Shown one piece after another: positions 15,703 through 24,646 of a stretch of DNA of 64,000 nt (positions within the stretch are counted from its first letter, which is position 1; every line of letters starts with the position of its first letter). Source of the stretch: a virus; the IMG/VR virus record IMGVR_UViG_3300045988_130116, one strand, 5' to 3'. Both the position numbers and the translations under genes were made by a program. Under the pieces are notes generated by a model. That model searched no databases. It was given only the letters and a program-made list of their open reading frames with translations, and was not told where the DNA came from.

Positions 15703-16603
15703 ATTAACTCCTTGTTCTTTAGGAGAAATTAAAGAAGATATACCATATAAAATCCCTTCTAATATAGAACTATTAGGAGCAGAATCATTTTGGGATAAAG
15801 GAATTTATGGTAAAGGTATAACTGTAGCTATATTAGATACAGGAGTAGATACAGAGCATGTGTGTTTAAAAGACAGAATAATTGGCGGTAAAAACTTTAC
15901 AAATGAAGGTAAAGAAGATGATTTTACTGATTGGAATGGTCATGGAACTCATGTAGCAGGTATTATAGCAGGTAATAGAGCTGAAAAAGGAATTACTGGA
16001 GTTGCACCTGAATGTAATTTATTAATAGTAAAAGTTTTAGATAGATTTGGTGACGGTGCATTTTCTAGTATAGTAAAAGGATTAGAATATGCTATTGAAC
16101 AAAATGTAGATATTATAAATATGTCTTTAGGTGGTAAAGCAGATGACGATTCTTTACACGATATTATTAAAAAGGCAACAAATAAAGGAATATGTATTTG
16201 TTGTGCTAGTGGTAATAATGGGGACGGAAGTGCAGATACAGATGAGATTAATTTTCCCGGAAATTATCATGAAGTAATAGAAGTTGGAGCAGTAGATAGA
16301 GATAATAATATTGCAAAATTCAGTAATACAAATTCGGAAATAGATATTGTATCATATGGTGTCAATATAATGTCGACTTATAAGAATAATAGATATGCAA
16401 CGACAAGTGGTACTTCTCAGGCTACTCCACACGTTTCAGGAGCGTTAGCATTGATTAAAGAAGATTTTGTTAAAACTTATAGTAGAAAGCCAACTGAAGA
16501 GGAATTGTGGGCAAGACTTATCAAATGTACTAATTTCCTCAATGATATAGATACGAAGGCACAAGGAAACGGTGTCTTATATCTAGGGAATGGATGTGAA
16601 TAA
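15689..16603 (+). CDS. subtilisin-family (S8) serine protease, no obvious signal peptide
   Basis: Catalytic triad motifs AILDTGVD (Asp), HGTHVAGIIAG (His) and GTSQATPHVSGALAL (Ser). The ATG at 15689 follows GGTGA and overlaps the methyltransferase stop. Confidence 0.9.
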   Translation: MSNFKLTPCSLGEIKEDIPYKIPSNIELLGAESFWDKGIYGKGITVAILDTGVDTEHVCLKDRIIGGKNFTNEGKEDDFTDWNGHGTHVAGIIAGNRAEKGITGVAPECNLLIVKVLDRFGDGAFSSIVKGLEYAIEQNVDIINMSLGGKADDDSLHDIIKKATNKGICICCASGNNGDGSADTDEINFPGNYHEVIEVGAVDRDNNIAKFSNTNSEIDIVSYGVNIMSTYKNNRYATTSGTSQATPHVSGALALIKEDFVKTYSRKPTEEELWARLIKCTNFLNDIDTKAQGNGVLYLGNGCE

Positions 16604-16799
16604 TATGGGAAGATATATAATAGCAAATACAAGAGATGGTGCAGAAAAATTAAAAAGATTAGGTTTTGAGCCTATTTTAGTACAAGAAATGGGCAAAGAA
16701 ATGCATTATGTATTTGAAAACTCAAATAAATATCTGCTTTTTTCAGATGATGAAAAAAAAGAATATATAATAAGTGATGAATTATATATGTGTTTTTAA
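16590..16799 (+). CDS. hypothetical small protein
   Basis: ORF track. Overlaps the end of the subtilase gene. An alternative ATG lies at 16605. Confidence 0.5.
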   Translation: MDVNNMGRYIIANTRDGAEKLKRLGFEPILVQEMGKEMHYVFENSNKYLLFSDDEKKEYIISDELYMCF

Positions 16800-16823
16800 T
16801 TCTTAAAGAAAGGAGGAAATCCT

Positions 16824-18287
16824 TTGATAATTAGAATACCATGTTCTATGACTTTAGAAGAAAATTTCTTAAACTTTTCAGAAAATAATGAATCAAATCC
16901 AAGTGTTAAAATGCAAATCTTACATGAAGGAGTTAATCCAAAAGGAACAAGTTTTTCAAAAGAAGCGATAGAAGAAGCTAAAGCATCAATTTATGATAAA
17001 CCAATATTGGCATATGTTAAGTATGATGAAAATGGAGAACCTTTAGACTTTGGAGAACATGAAATGATACTTGTTCCAAAAGTTGTCAATGGTAAAAGAA
17101 GTTATGAGATTAAATATATAGAACAACCTATAGGAACTTTTTCCCAAAACTTTGACCTTTCTTACGAAAAAGGTGAAAACGGAAAAGAGTATCTTACTGC
17201 CACAGGCACTATATGGAACAGATACTGCAAAGATGCTTATAATCTTCTTAAAGAAGGAGATAAATCTGTAAGTATGGAAATCAATATACTCGAAAGCGAA
17301 AAAGATAAATATAGTGGAGTTTTAAATATATCTAAATTTGAATTTTTAGGAGTTACTATATTAGGTGACGATTATGCTCCGGGAATAGATGGTGCTAATG
17401 CAACTCTTGAATTTACAAGAATAAAAACTGAAAAAGATTTAATTAATTTTTTAAATAATATAGAACAAAATGTGAAAGGAGACGAAAGTATGGATAACAC
17501 TAACAAATATTCTCTTTCTAATAGAAGTATGGCATTACAAATAAGAGAACAATTAAGTAATAGACTAATAGAAAAACAATACTCTTGGGGAGAAACATAT
17601 CAAACTAGAGAGTTTTACTATGTAGATACTATACCCGATGATTCTGTAGTAGTAGTTCAAGGAAATGATGGCTATAAATACTATGGTGTTCCTTATTCTG
17701 TAAAAGAAGATACTCTTACTTTAGACTTTGATAATAAAAAAGAATATATAAGTGAGTGGAGAGAGAAAAAGGTTGATGAATCTGCTAATTTTGCATTAGA
17801 TGAAGAAGATGCTAAAGAAATGGCAGAACTTACTTTTAATGCAGAAGTGGAAAAGGTTGGTCAAGAAGCCAAAACAGTTGTCGACACTTTTAAAAATGAT
17901 TTAAAAGGTGTTAATAAAGAATTAGAAGAAACTAAAGAAGCATTAAAAAATGCTAATGAAACTGTATTCTCTTTAGGAGAAGAAGTTAAGGAATTAAAAG
18001 CTAAAGAGGCTCAAGCAGAACAAGAAAAACTTGTAGAAAAGGTTGAAGAAGTTCTAGCTAAATTCTCATTTGACGAAGAAGAAACTAAAGAAATGAAAGA
18101 ACAATGTTTAAATGGAGAATTTAATGTAGAAGAATTAAGTAATAAATTATTTACATTATATGGTAAAAAAGCATTTGAAAATATGCAAAATAAACAACCT
18201 AAAGAACCAGAACAAGAGCCTAGTTTACACATGCCAACTAAGGGAGATACTCATATTCCTTATGGTGGTATATTTGAAAATTTATAA
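16824..18287 (+). CDS. putative prohead protease/scaffold fusion protein
   Basis: TTG start after AAAGGAGGA. The N-terminal globular half is followed by a long acidic coiled-coil (EEVKELKAKEAQAEQEKLVEKVEEV...), typical of scaffolds. Position is just upstream of the capsid gene. Confidence 0.45.
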   Translation: MIIRIPCSMTLEENFLNFSENNESNPSVKMQILHEGVNPKGTSFSKEAIEEAKASIYDKPILAYVKYDENGEPLDFGEHEMILVPKVVNGKRSYEIKYIEQPIGTFSQNFDLSYEKGENGKEYLTATGTIWNRYCKDAYNLLKEGDKSVSMEINILESEKDKYSGVLNISKFEFLGVTILGDDYAPGIDGANATLEFTRIKTEKDLINFLNNIEQNVKGDESMDNTNKYSLSNRSMALQIREQLSNRLIEKQYSWGETYQTREFYYVDTIPDDSVVVVQGNDGYKYYGVPYSVKEDTLTLDFDNKKEYISEWREKKVDESANFALDEEDAKEMAELTFNAEVEKVGQEAKTVVDTFKNDLKGVNKELEETKEALKNANETVFSLGEEVKELKAKEAQAEQEKLVEKVEEVLAKFSFDEEETKEMKEQCLNGEFNVEELSNKLFTLYGKKAFENMQNKQPKEPEQEPSLHMPTKGDTHIPYGGIFENL

Positions 18288-18308
18288 AATTAAAAGGAGT
18301 GAATAAGT

Positions 18309-18782
18309 GTGATAAGAACAGTTATGAGAGCAATAATGAGAAAAGATAGACAACCATATCCAAATCCTATAAATGGTATATGCGAACAAGTATTAGAAAA
18401 TGGTATGGTAGTCGGTGTTAAAAGTTTTGCTGAAAATGGAGAAAGAGAACTTTACAAAGTTGGTCAATTCGCAGAAGGAGATTTAGCGGCTATAGTTGAT
18501 TGTTCTGTTTTGATGTATGATAATCAAATGGATGAAAGAGACTTCCAACTATTAGCAGGTGAAAGAGGTAGATTTGAATATTTAGGACATGGTGATGTTT
18601 ATACAATATCTAACGCTTTCTTACCAGAAGGATTAGTAGTAGGAGATAAATTAGCTCCTGACACTGCAAATTTAGGAAAATACGTTAAAGATGCCGATAA
18701 TGGCATGTTCTTAGTTAGAAGAGTAGGTATAGACTTTGAAGGACAACCTTCAACTATGATAGAAGTATGTTTACACGCATAA
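18309..18782 (+). CDS. hypothetical head protein (possible decoration or auxiliary protein)
   Basis: GTG start after AAAGGAG. Assigned by position between the scaffold and the capsid gene. Confidence 0.4.
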   Translation: MIRTVMRAIMRKDRQPYPNPINGICEQVLENGMVVGVKSFAENGERELYKVGQFAEGDLAAIVDCSVLMYDNQMDERDFQLLAGERGRFEYLGHGDVYTISNAFLPEGLVVGDKLAPDTANLGKYVKDADNGMFLVRRVGIDFEGQPSTMIEVCLHA

Positions 18783-18802
18783 GAAAATAAATAAAAGAAA
18801 GG

Positions 18803-19792
18803 ATGATTATAGTGGAAAAAAGAAGTCAAGTTGCTCAAATGGCAATAGATATATTAGACGGAAACCCTGATACATACGATTTAAATACTGCTGAAGACAA
18901 ATTAAGAAAATTAGTATTAAACGAAATGGGTGGAACTTGGGATTATTATACTTTCCAAGATAACAAATATAAAGTATTCGCAATATTATCAGAAATATTA
19001 ACTGAAAGTACTTCTCGTGTTTTAAGAGAGGTATTCGAACCATTCTGTGAATTCAGAGATTTTGAATTAGGAGATACTGTTGAATTTACAGTAGAAGACG
19101 ATAGATTATTTGAAGTATCTGTAGTTGCAACAGATAATAACAACCTATTAAGACAAAAATTAATGAACAGAAAAGTTCCTATGACTGCTAGTGAATTAGG
19201 TGTAAAAATCTATGCTCCATTTACTGCTTGGTTAGCAGGAAGAATAGATTTAGCAAAATTAGTAGATAGAGTTCAAAAATCTACTCAACAAGATATGGTT
19301 AGAAGAATAGGTAACGCTTTTGTTAGTGCTTATGGTCAATGTCATGCTAACTTAGTTGAAAGTGGTACAGTAACTAGAGATGCTTTATCTTTATTATGTG
19401 CTAAAGTAGACGGTTTAGGATTAGGAGACCCAGTTATATATGGTACTAAAACTGCATTAGCTAAAATACCTGCATTAGAAGGATTCGTTTTAGACGGAGA
19501 AGATTTAAGAAACAATGGTTACTTAAAAATGTTCGAAGGTATGAAATGTGTAGAATTAAAAAATACATTCAATAAAGAAACTGGTAAATTTGGTTTAGGT
19601 GACGACGAACATCTATACATAGTTCCAAGTGGAATGACTAAACCTATAATGGTTGGTTTTGAAGGAAAAGCATTTGTACTAGAAGATAAATCTGGTGCTA
19701 GAAATGATAGAGAAATCGAATATCTATTCACTAGAAGAGTACATATAGGTGTTGTAAAAGCAGTTAACTTCGGTAGATATGATATAGCTTAG
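18803..19792 (+). CDS. putative major capsid protein
   Basis: 329 aa. Position after the scaffold gene. Non-repetitive beta-rich composition. The start may be GTG 18812, 9 nt after the RBS. Confidence 0.5.
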   Translation: MIIVEKRSQVAQMAIDILDGNPDTYDLNTAEDKLRKLVLNEMGGTWDYYTFQDNKYKVFAILSEILTESTSRVLREVFEPFCEFRDFELGDTVEFTVEDDRLFEVSVVATDNNNLLRQKLMNRKVPMTASELGVKIYAPFTAWLAGRIDLAKLVDRVQKSTQQDMVRRIGNAFVSAYGQCHANLVESGTVTRDALSLLCAKVDGLGLGDPVIYGTKTALAKIPALEGFVLDGEDLRNNGYLKMFEGMKCVELKNTFNKETGKFGLGDDEHLYIVPSGMTKPIMVGFEGKAFVLEDKSGARNDREIEYLFTRRVHIGVVKAVNFGRYDIA

Positions 19793-19819
19793 TAAATATA
19801 AATAGGGAGATGATAGTAA

Positions 19820-20392
19820 ATGGCAACTAAAAAAGTAGAGGAAAAGGTTAATTTAGGGAAGGAAACAGTTGAAGAAACAAAGAAAGCAAGAAAAAGAACA
19901 AGAGCAGAAATGATAAGAGAATTAAAAAGAGAAGCATCTAAAATAGACATTGAAGTAATGAATTTAACCAATGGCTCATTTATTTATGAAAATGGTTATG
20001 ATTCTATAAGAATGAATGAACCCGGAGAAACAGCCATAGTAGGATTAGATTTATTATTAAAAATGAAAAATTCTCCAACTATGAGAAAATTATTTTTATC
20101 AATAGTAGATATATATAGTGATGAATATGAATTAAAAGATGTGCTTGATATATTAGATTTAACTAAAATATATAATGACAAAGTTCTTACTTTGGATTAC
20201 TTAGATGAGGTATTAGAAAATAGTACTGTTGATGAATTTGTGGGAATACTTGAAAGCGAATCCCCTGAATTAGCTAAAAGATTATGCCAAAGAGCAGTTT
20301 ATTTAGCTCACTTAAATGAATTTGATTCTATGGGTAAGCGTTCTGCAATCGAAAGCAAATTTAATAATGCTTATATATTTAAATCAAATTAG
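19820..20392 (+). CDS. hypothetical head-associated protein with a basic N-terminus
   Basis: ORF track. GGGAGATGA RBS. Confidence 0.5.
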   Translation: MATKKVEEKVNLGKETVEETKKARKRTRAEMIRELKREASKIDIEVMNLTNGSFIYENGYDSIRMNEPGETAIVGLDLLLKMKNSPTMRKLFLSIVDIYSDEYELKDVLDILDLTKIYNDKVLTLDYLDEVLENSTVDEFVGILESESPELAKRLCQRAVYLAHLNEFDSMGKRSAIESKFNNAYIFKSN

Positions 20393-20403
20393 AAGGTGTT
20401 AAT

Positions 20404-20835
20404 ATGAGTACTCCAATAGAGAAGATATTTGTTGTTTTTTTAAACCAAGTTGAAGATGACGGACTGGCTTTAGCACCTGAAGAAATACAAATGAAAACAA
20501 TGACCAGATATCTTCGTGGAGCGACTATAAAATTCGACACTTGTGAAAAGGATTTAACTATCGTTTCCGAAGATGATGGAGTTTCAGGTTATATTAAAGC
20601 TGATCTAACTGAAAGAGAAATAGAAATTCTTGCTTTGGGTATGGTATGTAGATGGCTACAAAGAATTGTAAATAGTGAAGATAATTTAAGGAATATTATT
20701 ACAGACCACGATTTTAAGAAAACTTCAAATGCCAATTTATTAAAAAATTTAATGACATTGAAGAAACTTCACGAAGAGGATTTTCGAAAAATGAAAGTCG
20801 ATTATACTTACGAAGGGCATTATGGTTTTGAGTAA
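20404..20835 (+). CDS. putative head-tail connector/adaptor protein
   Basis: Size and position only. Confidence 0.35.
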   Translation: MSTPIEKIFVVFLNQVEDDGLALAPEEIQMKTMTRYLRGATIKFDTCEKDLTIVSEDDGVSGYIKADLTEREIEILALGMVCRWLQRIVNSEDNLRNIITDHDFKKTSNANLLKNLMTLKKLHEEDFRKMKVDYTYEGHYGFE

Positions 20836-21817
20836 GTTTTTAGATGAATACAAAACTTTTACTTTACGTGGTCAAAATAATAAAAGAGAAAAATTAAGGG
20901 CAACGGCTAAACTAACATTCGAAAAAATGCTATACAGGTCACCCACAGTAATAGATATACAAGTAACAGATGTCGATGAAGTGCTTATAACAGAAAATAC
21001 AAAAACTGTTATGGCAGTAGTTAATAATATAACAGATAATGACCAAACATCATTAGATGAAAAAGAAATATATTTCCCTGTCGGCACTAATGTCGATATA
21101 GGGTGTTATTGTTTCTTTGATAATTGTTATTGGTTAATTATATTTAAAGAGCATCATGAAATGGGTGCTTATTTACACTTTGTAGCTAGAAGATGTAATC
21201 AAATTATTAATTATGCTTATAATGGTATAGTATATCCTATCCCAGTTTCTATATTAAACCTAACAATGTATAGCGATGGTGTTAACCAAACTAGATATGT
21301 AGATATAGGAGATGCTAAAAGGCATATATTCATAGGCTCAAATCCAATTACAAGAACATTTGATACTGGGACAAGAATAATGTTGACTAGAAAAACAGTA
21401 TTTAGAGTTACACATATAAATGATTTTGAATTTAATGGTAGATATAGTGGTGCTGATGGATTAATAAAAGCACTAACTCAACAAACGGTTCGCATTTTAG
21501 AAGATGACTGCGAAAATAAAATAGCCTACAATAGAGTAGGAGAAAAAAATGTTGAGGAAGATAACAACGTGATGGGATTAGATTACATTTATCTAGGCGA
21601 AGAAAACGAATACAATGTCGACACAGATAAAGAAATAGAATTTATACTAGATACAGATTATTCAAATACAAGTATTATAAAACAAGAAAATAATAAATGT
21701 ACTATTAAACAATCATCTAATATTGAATCAATAGGAGATAACATTATGCTTATTGCTAGAGATAAGAAAACAAAAGAAACAATAGATATGTTTGTTATTA
21801 CTGTGAGAGGTGTTTAA
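20822..21817 (+). CDS. hypothetical structural protein
   Basis: ORF track. Overlapping gene chain. Confidence 0.5.
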   Translation: MVLSKFLDEYKTFTLRGQNNKREKLRATAKLTFEKMLYRSPTVIDIQVTDVDEVLITENTKTVMAVVNNITDNDQTSLDEKEIYFPVGTNVDIGCYCFFDNCYWLIIFKEHHEMGAYLHFVARRCNQIINYAYNGIVYPIPVSILNLTMYSDGVNQTRYVDIGDAKRHIFIGSNPITRTFDTGTRIMLTRKTVFRVTHINDFEFNGRYSGADGLIKALTQQTVRILEDDCENKIAYNRVGEKNVEEDNNVMGLDYIYLGEENEYNVDTDKEIEFILDTDYSNTSIIKQENNKCTIKQSSNIESIGDNIMLIARDKKTKETIDMFVITVRGV

Positions 21818-21818
21818 G

Positions 21819-22328
21819 ATGATAGAACAATTTCCAAATAAATATTTGATTAAACTCTCAAATGAAATAATGTTAGATGATAAAATAAATAAATTGATAT
21901 ATTATAACAACGAAAAAGAAAGAGACATATATAAGCTCGAGGATTTAGAAAATCCAATTAAAAAACTTAAAGAGAAAAAAGTATTTATAAATAAAAAGGC
22001 TCCGGAAGTAATGAAGGAATCAGATGTTTCTTTATTTGTTAATATATATAGAGACTTTCCTTATACGGGAGTATATAGACAAAGTAATAAAATACAACAA
22101 TTTAAGTTTGAAATTGGCGTATTATGTCATAAAGATTGTAGATTTACATTAAATGGTTTGAGAGATATTTTGATATATAAGGGAATAGAACAAATGCTTA
22201 AAGAAAATAAAAACTTAAAAGCTATTGGATTCCCAACATTAGAACAAACTTACCCAATGTATAATATTCCTAGTGACTATATAGGATATATGTCTGTATA
22301 TAGGCTTGAATATTTTGAAGGTATGTAA
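21819..22328 (+). CDS. hypothetical head-tail joining protein
   Basis: ATG 21819 follows GAGAGGTG. The track start at 21810 is upstream of the RBS spacing. Confidence 0.45.
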   Translation: MIEQFPNKYLIKLSNEIMLDDKINKLIYYNNEKERDIYKLEDLENPIKKLKEKKVFINKKAPEVMKESDVSLFVNIYRDFPYTGVYRQSNKIQQFKFEIGVLCHKDCRFTLNGLRDILIYKGIEQMLKENKNLKAIGFPTLEQTYPMYNIPSDYIGYMSVYRLEYFEGM

Positions 22329-23089
22329 TGTATTTTACTAAAGAATATATTACAGGTAACCCTTTAGATTTAAAAAAATATACATTGGGAATCATAAAAC
22401 AACCAATCGTAGATTATTTTATGTATGATTATGATTTCATAGATTTTATAAAACCATATTATATGGGATTGTCCTTATCGTATGATGAAGTATGTGAAGA
22501 AAGTAAACTTTTCTTCACTATTTTTTTGGAAATGATGAATAAATCAAAGAAGATATTAAATGACTTTTATAAAGGGCTAACTTTATTATACGATACATCT
22601 CTTGAGGATATGGGATTTTTTCAAGATGAAGAAAAGAGGTTTATTCTTAGAATAGACGAAAAAGGTAGCAGAAAAGAAAGTAAAGATGGAGTAGGAAATC
22701 CGATAGCATTTATTACTGATGAAAATTTCGTTATTCTTTGTAAAATAATTTTAGAAATGAGTCATTTTGAAGAACCTCAAAAGCCAACAGAGCTAAAGGG
22801 AGACCCAGAACTTGTTAAAAGATTTAAGCAAAAACAAAAAGAATATTATCAAAAAAGAAAAGTTGATAATAGTATGCTTTTTGAAAATGTTGTCAGAGAA
22901 GTTATGTATTTTAGGAATATTAATTCTTATGAAGAAATGAGAAATAAAACTATATGGTGGCTAAGAGATTGCTATTCTGTTGAGGCTTTAAGGAGTTCTG
23001 AACAGAAACAATGGCAAATGGCAAGTGGTGGAAAATATAGTCCTAAAAAAATAAAATCTTGGCAAAAAATAACTAAATTAAAAAAATAG
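22328..23089 (+). CDS. hypothetical structural protein
   Basis: ORF track. TAATG overlap with the previous gene. Confidence 0.5.
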   Translation: MYFTKEYITGNPLDLKKYTLGIIKQPIVDYFMYDYDFIDFIKPYYMGLSLSYDEVCEESKLFFTIFLEMMNKSKKILNDFYKGLTLLYDTSLEDMGFFQDEEKRFILRIDEKGSRKESKDGVGNPIAFITDENFVILCKIILEMSHFEEPQKPTELKGDPELVKRFKQKQKEYYQKRKVDNSMLFENVVREVMYFRNINSYEEMRNKTIWWLRDCYSVEALRSSEQKQWQMASGGKYSPKKIKSWQKITKLKK

Positions 23090-23098
23090 AAAGGATGA

Positions 23099-23590
23099 AT
23101 GATTATGGGATATGCGATAAAAAGTGCTTGTGACCTAACTTTAACAAATTTAGCTAATGCTGAAGACACTACTACTATAGATTTCCTTAATAGTTTTAAT
23201 ATAACTACTGAATCAGAAAACTTTGAAGCTTATAAAAGAGGGGATTTATGTATAACTATAGCAGGTCAAAGAAAAGGAACATTACAAATGGATGCTCAAG
23301 TTATAGATGACTTCTTCTTAGCTCAAATGCTTGGTGGAGAAATAACTGGTACTAAAATACAAGTTAAAGGTACTATACCAAGTAAATATTATAAAATGGA
23401 AGGTACATTTGAAGTTGTTAATGAAGATGGTAGTACAGAAATTAAATCAATAAAATTCAGCAAAGCAAAAGCACAACCTAATGCTGACTTAACAATTTCA
23501 GCACAAGAAATATCAGACTTTAGTTTAACTTGGGACATATTAGTTGATGACCAAGACTTAATATTAGAAATAGACAAAAAAACTATGTAA
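23099..23590 (+). CDS. putative major tail (tube) protein
   Basis: About 160 aa. Sits immediately upstream of the chaperone pair and the tape measure gene, and is followed by a strong terminator. The likely start is ATG 23105. Confidence 0.55.
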   Translation: MIMGYAIKSACDLTLTNLANAEDTTTIDFLNSFNITTESENFEAYKRGDLCITIAGQRKGTLQMDAQVIDDFFLAQMLGGEITGTKIQVKGTIPSKYYKMEGTFEVVNEDGSTEIKSIKFSKAKAQPNADLTISAQEISDFSLTWDILVDDQDLILEIDKKTM

Positions 23591-23599
23591 TAATTTATA

Positions 23600-23637
23600 G
23601 CGTCAGCAGATTAAGTTCTGTTGACGCATTTTTTTTT
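23600..23637 (+). terminator. Rho-independent terminator after the tail tube gene
   Basis: GCGTCAGCAGA, TTAAGT, TCTGTTGACGC (one G:U), then A and T9. Confidence 0.8.
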
Positions 23638-23666
23638 ACCTATTTTTAGAAGGGAGAATAAACAAA

Positions 23667-24155
23667 ATGAAAGTAAGCGATTTTAAATTAGAAAAAGTGA
23701 GAAAAGAATTTGTAGTAGAAATTAACGGGGAGTTAGAAAAAGTAACAGTTTATAATATATTAAATGAGGAAAGAGAAGAAATAAGGTTACAATTAGAGGA
23801 TATTATAGAGGGGAAAACTGAACATACTTTAGATGCAGAAGATATAGAAGATATATACAATATATTATTTCCTGTATGTACGAATATAGAAGTTGATGAA
23901 AATATTATAGGGGCATTAAATAACCCTAATAAAGATATGATTTTAGTATTAAACGAAGTAAGAGAGATATTAGATGAAATATACCTAGAAGTATTATTGA
24001 ACCAGTCTCAGCAATTAACTGAATTAGAAAAAGGATTAATATTGAAAAGAAATTTATTAAAGGGAGAGAAAATAGAACTTTTAACTAAAGATTGTGAAAA
24101 GCTAAAGAAAGAAATAGAGGAAATTAAAAAAGAAGGCGAACAAGATGGTATTTGA
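23667..24155 (+). CDS. putative tail assembly chaperone (gpG-like position)
   Basis: Acidic 162-aa ORF directly upstream of the tape measure region. It ends in the A-run ATT AAA AAA GAA. Confidence 0.5.
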   Translation: MKVSDFKLEKVRKEFVVEINGELEKVTVYNILNEEREEIRLQLEDIIEGKTEHTLDAEDIEDIYNILFPVCTNIEVDENIIGALNNPNKDMILVLNEVREILDEIYLEVLLNQSQQLTELEKGLILKRNLLKGEKIELLTKDCEKLKKEIEEIKKEGEQDGI

Positions 24156-24582
24156 TAATTTAGATCAGGTTGTCGCCCATATAGAAAGAATAGTTGCTGA
24201 TGAATTAGATAGCGTAGGAGAAAAAATGGAAGAAATTATGAATGAAATCCTTATGCAAGAAACAGGATATGATGGAAGAGTTCCAAATATGTACGAAAGA
24301 AGTGGAGATTTTAAAAATATAGTTACTTCTGAACAAGTTAGCCATATGGAAATAGATGGGGTATTCCAAGATAATGGTGGATGGGTAGATAAGCATGGTT
24401 CACATTATTTCCCATTAAACCGTTGGGAAGAAGGAACTGTTTGGGCTCCGGGTTATACTGATAATAACCCTGTTTATTATCCAGCAACCAACGTAGTTGA
24501 CAATTCAAAAACAGCAATAGATGCTAAAATTCCTATGGAGTTAAAAGAAAGACTTTTAGCTAGGGGTCTTAGAGTAGTATAA
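24145..24582 (+). CDS. hypothetical protein in the gpT-like position (+1 frame relative to the previous ORF)
   Basis: Overlaps the end of the 23667 ORF. This frame is open from 24118. It has its own possible RBS (GAAGG, 8 nt upstream). Confidence 0.5.
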   Translation: MVFDNLDQVVAHIERIVADELDSVGEKMEEIMNEILMQETGYDGRVPNMYERSGDFKNIVTSEQVSHMEIDGVFQDNGGWVDKHGSHYFPLNRWEEGTVWAPGYTDNNPVYYPATNVVDNSKTAIDAKIPMELKERLLARGLRVV

Positions 24583-24646
24583 AAAAATTAAATTACCACT
24601 TCGTATAGGTGGTAATTCTTATGCGTATTAAAGGTGGTGAATTTAA

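Noticed and set aside
24126-24160. Classical -1 frameshift at the A-run between the chaperone ORFs
   Set aside because: The -1 frame closes after about 10 codons (…AGA AGG CGA ACA AGA TGG TAT TTG ATA ATT TAG). Only the +1 frame leads into the downstream ORF.
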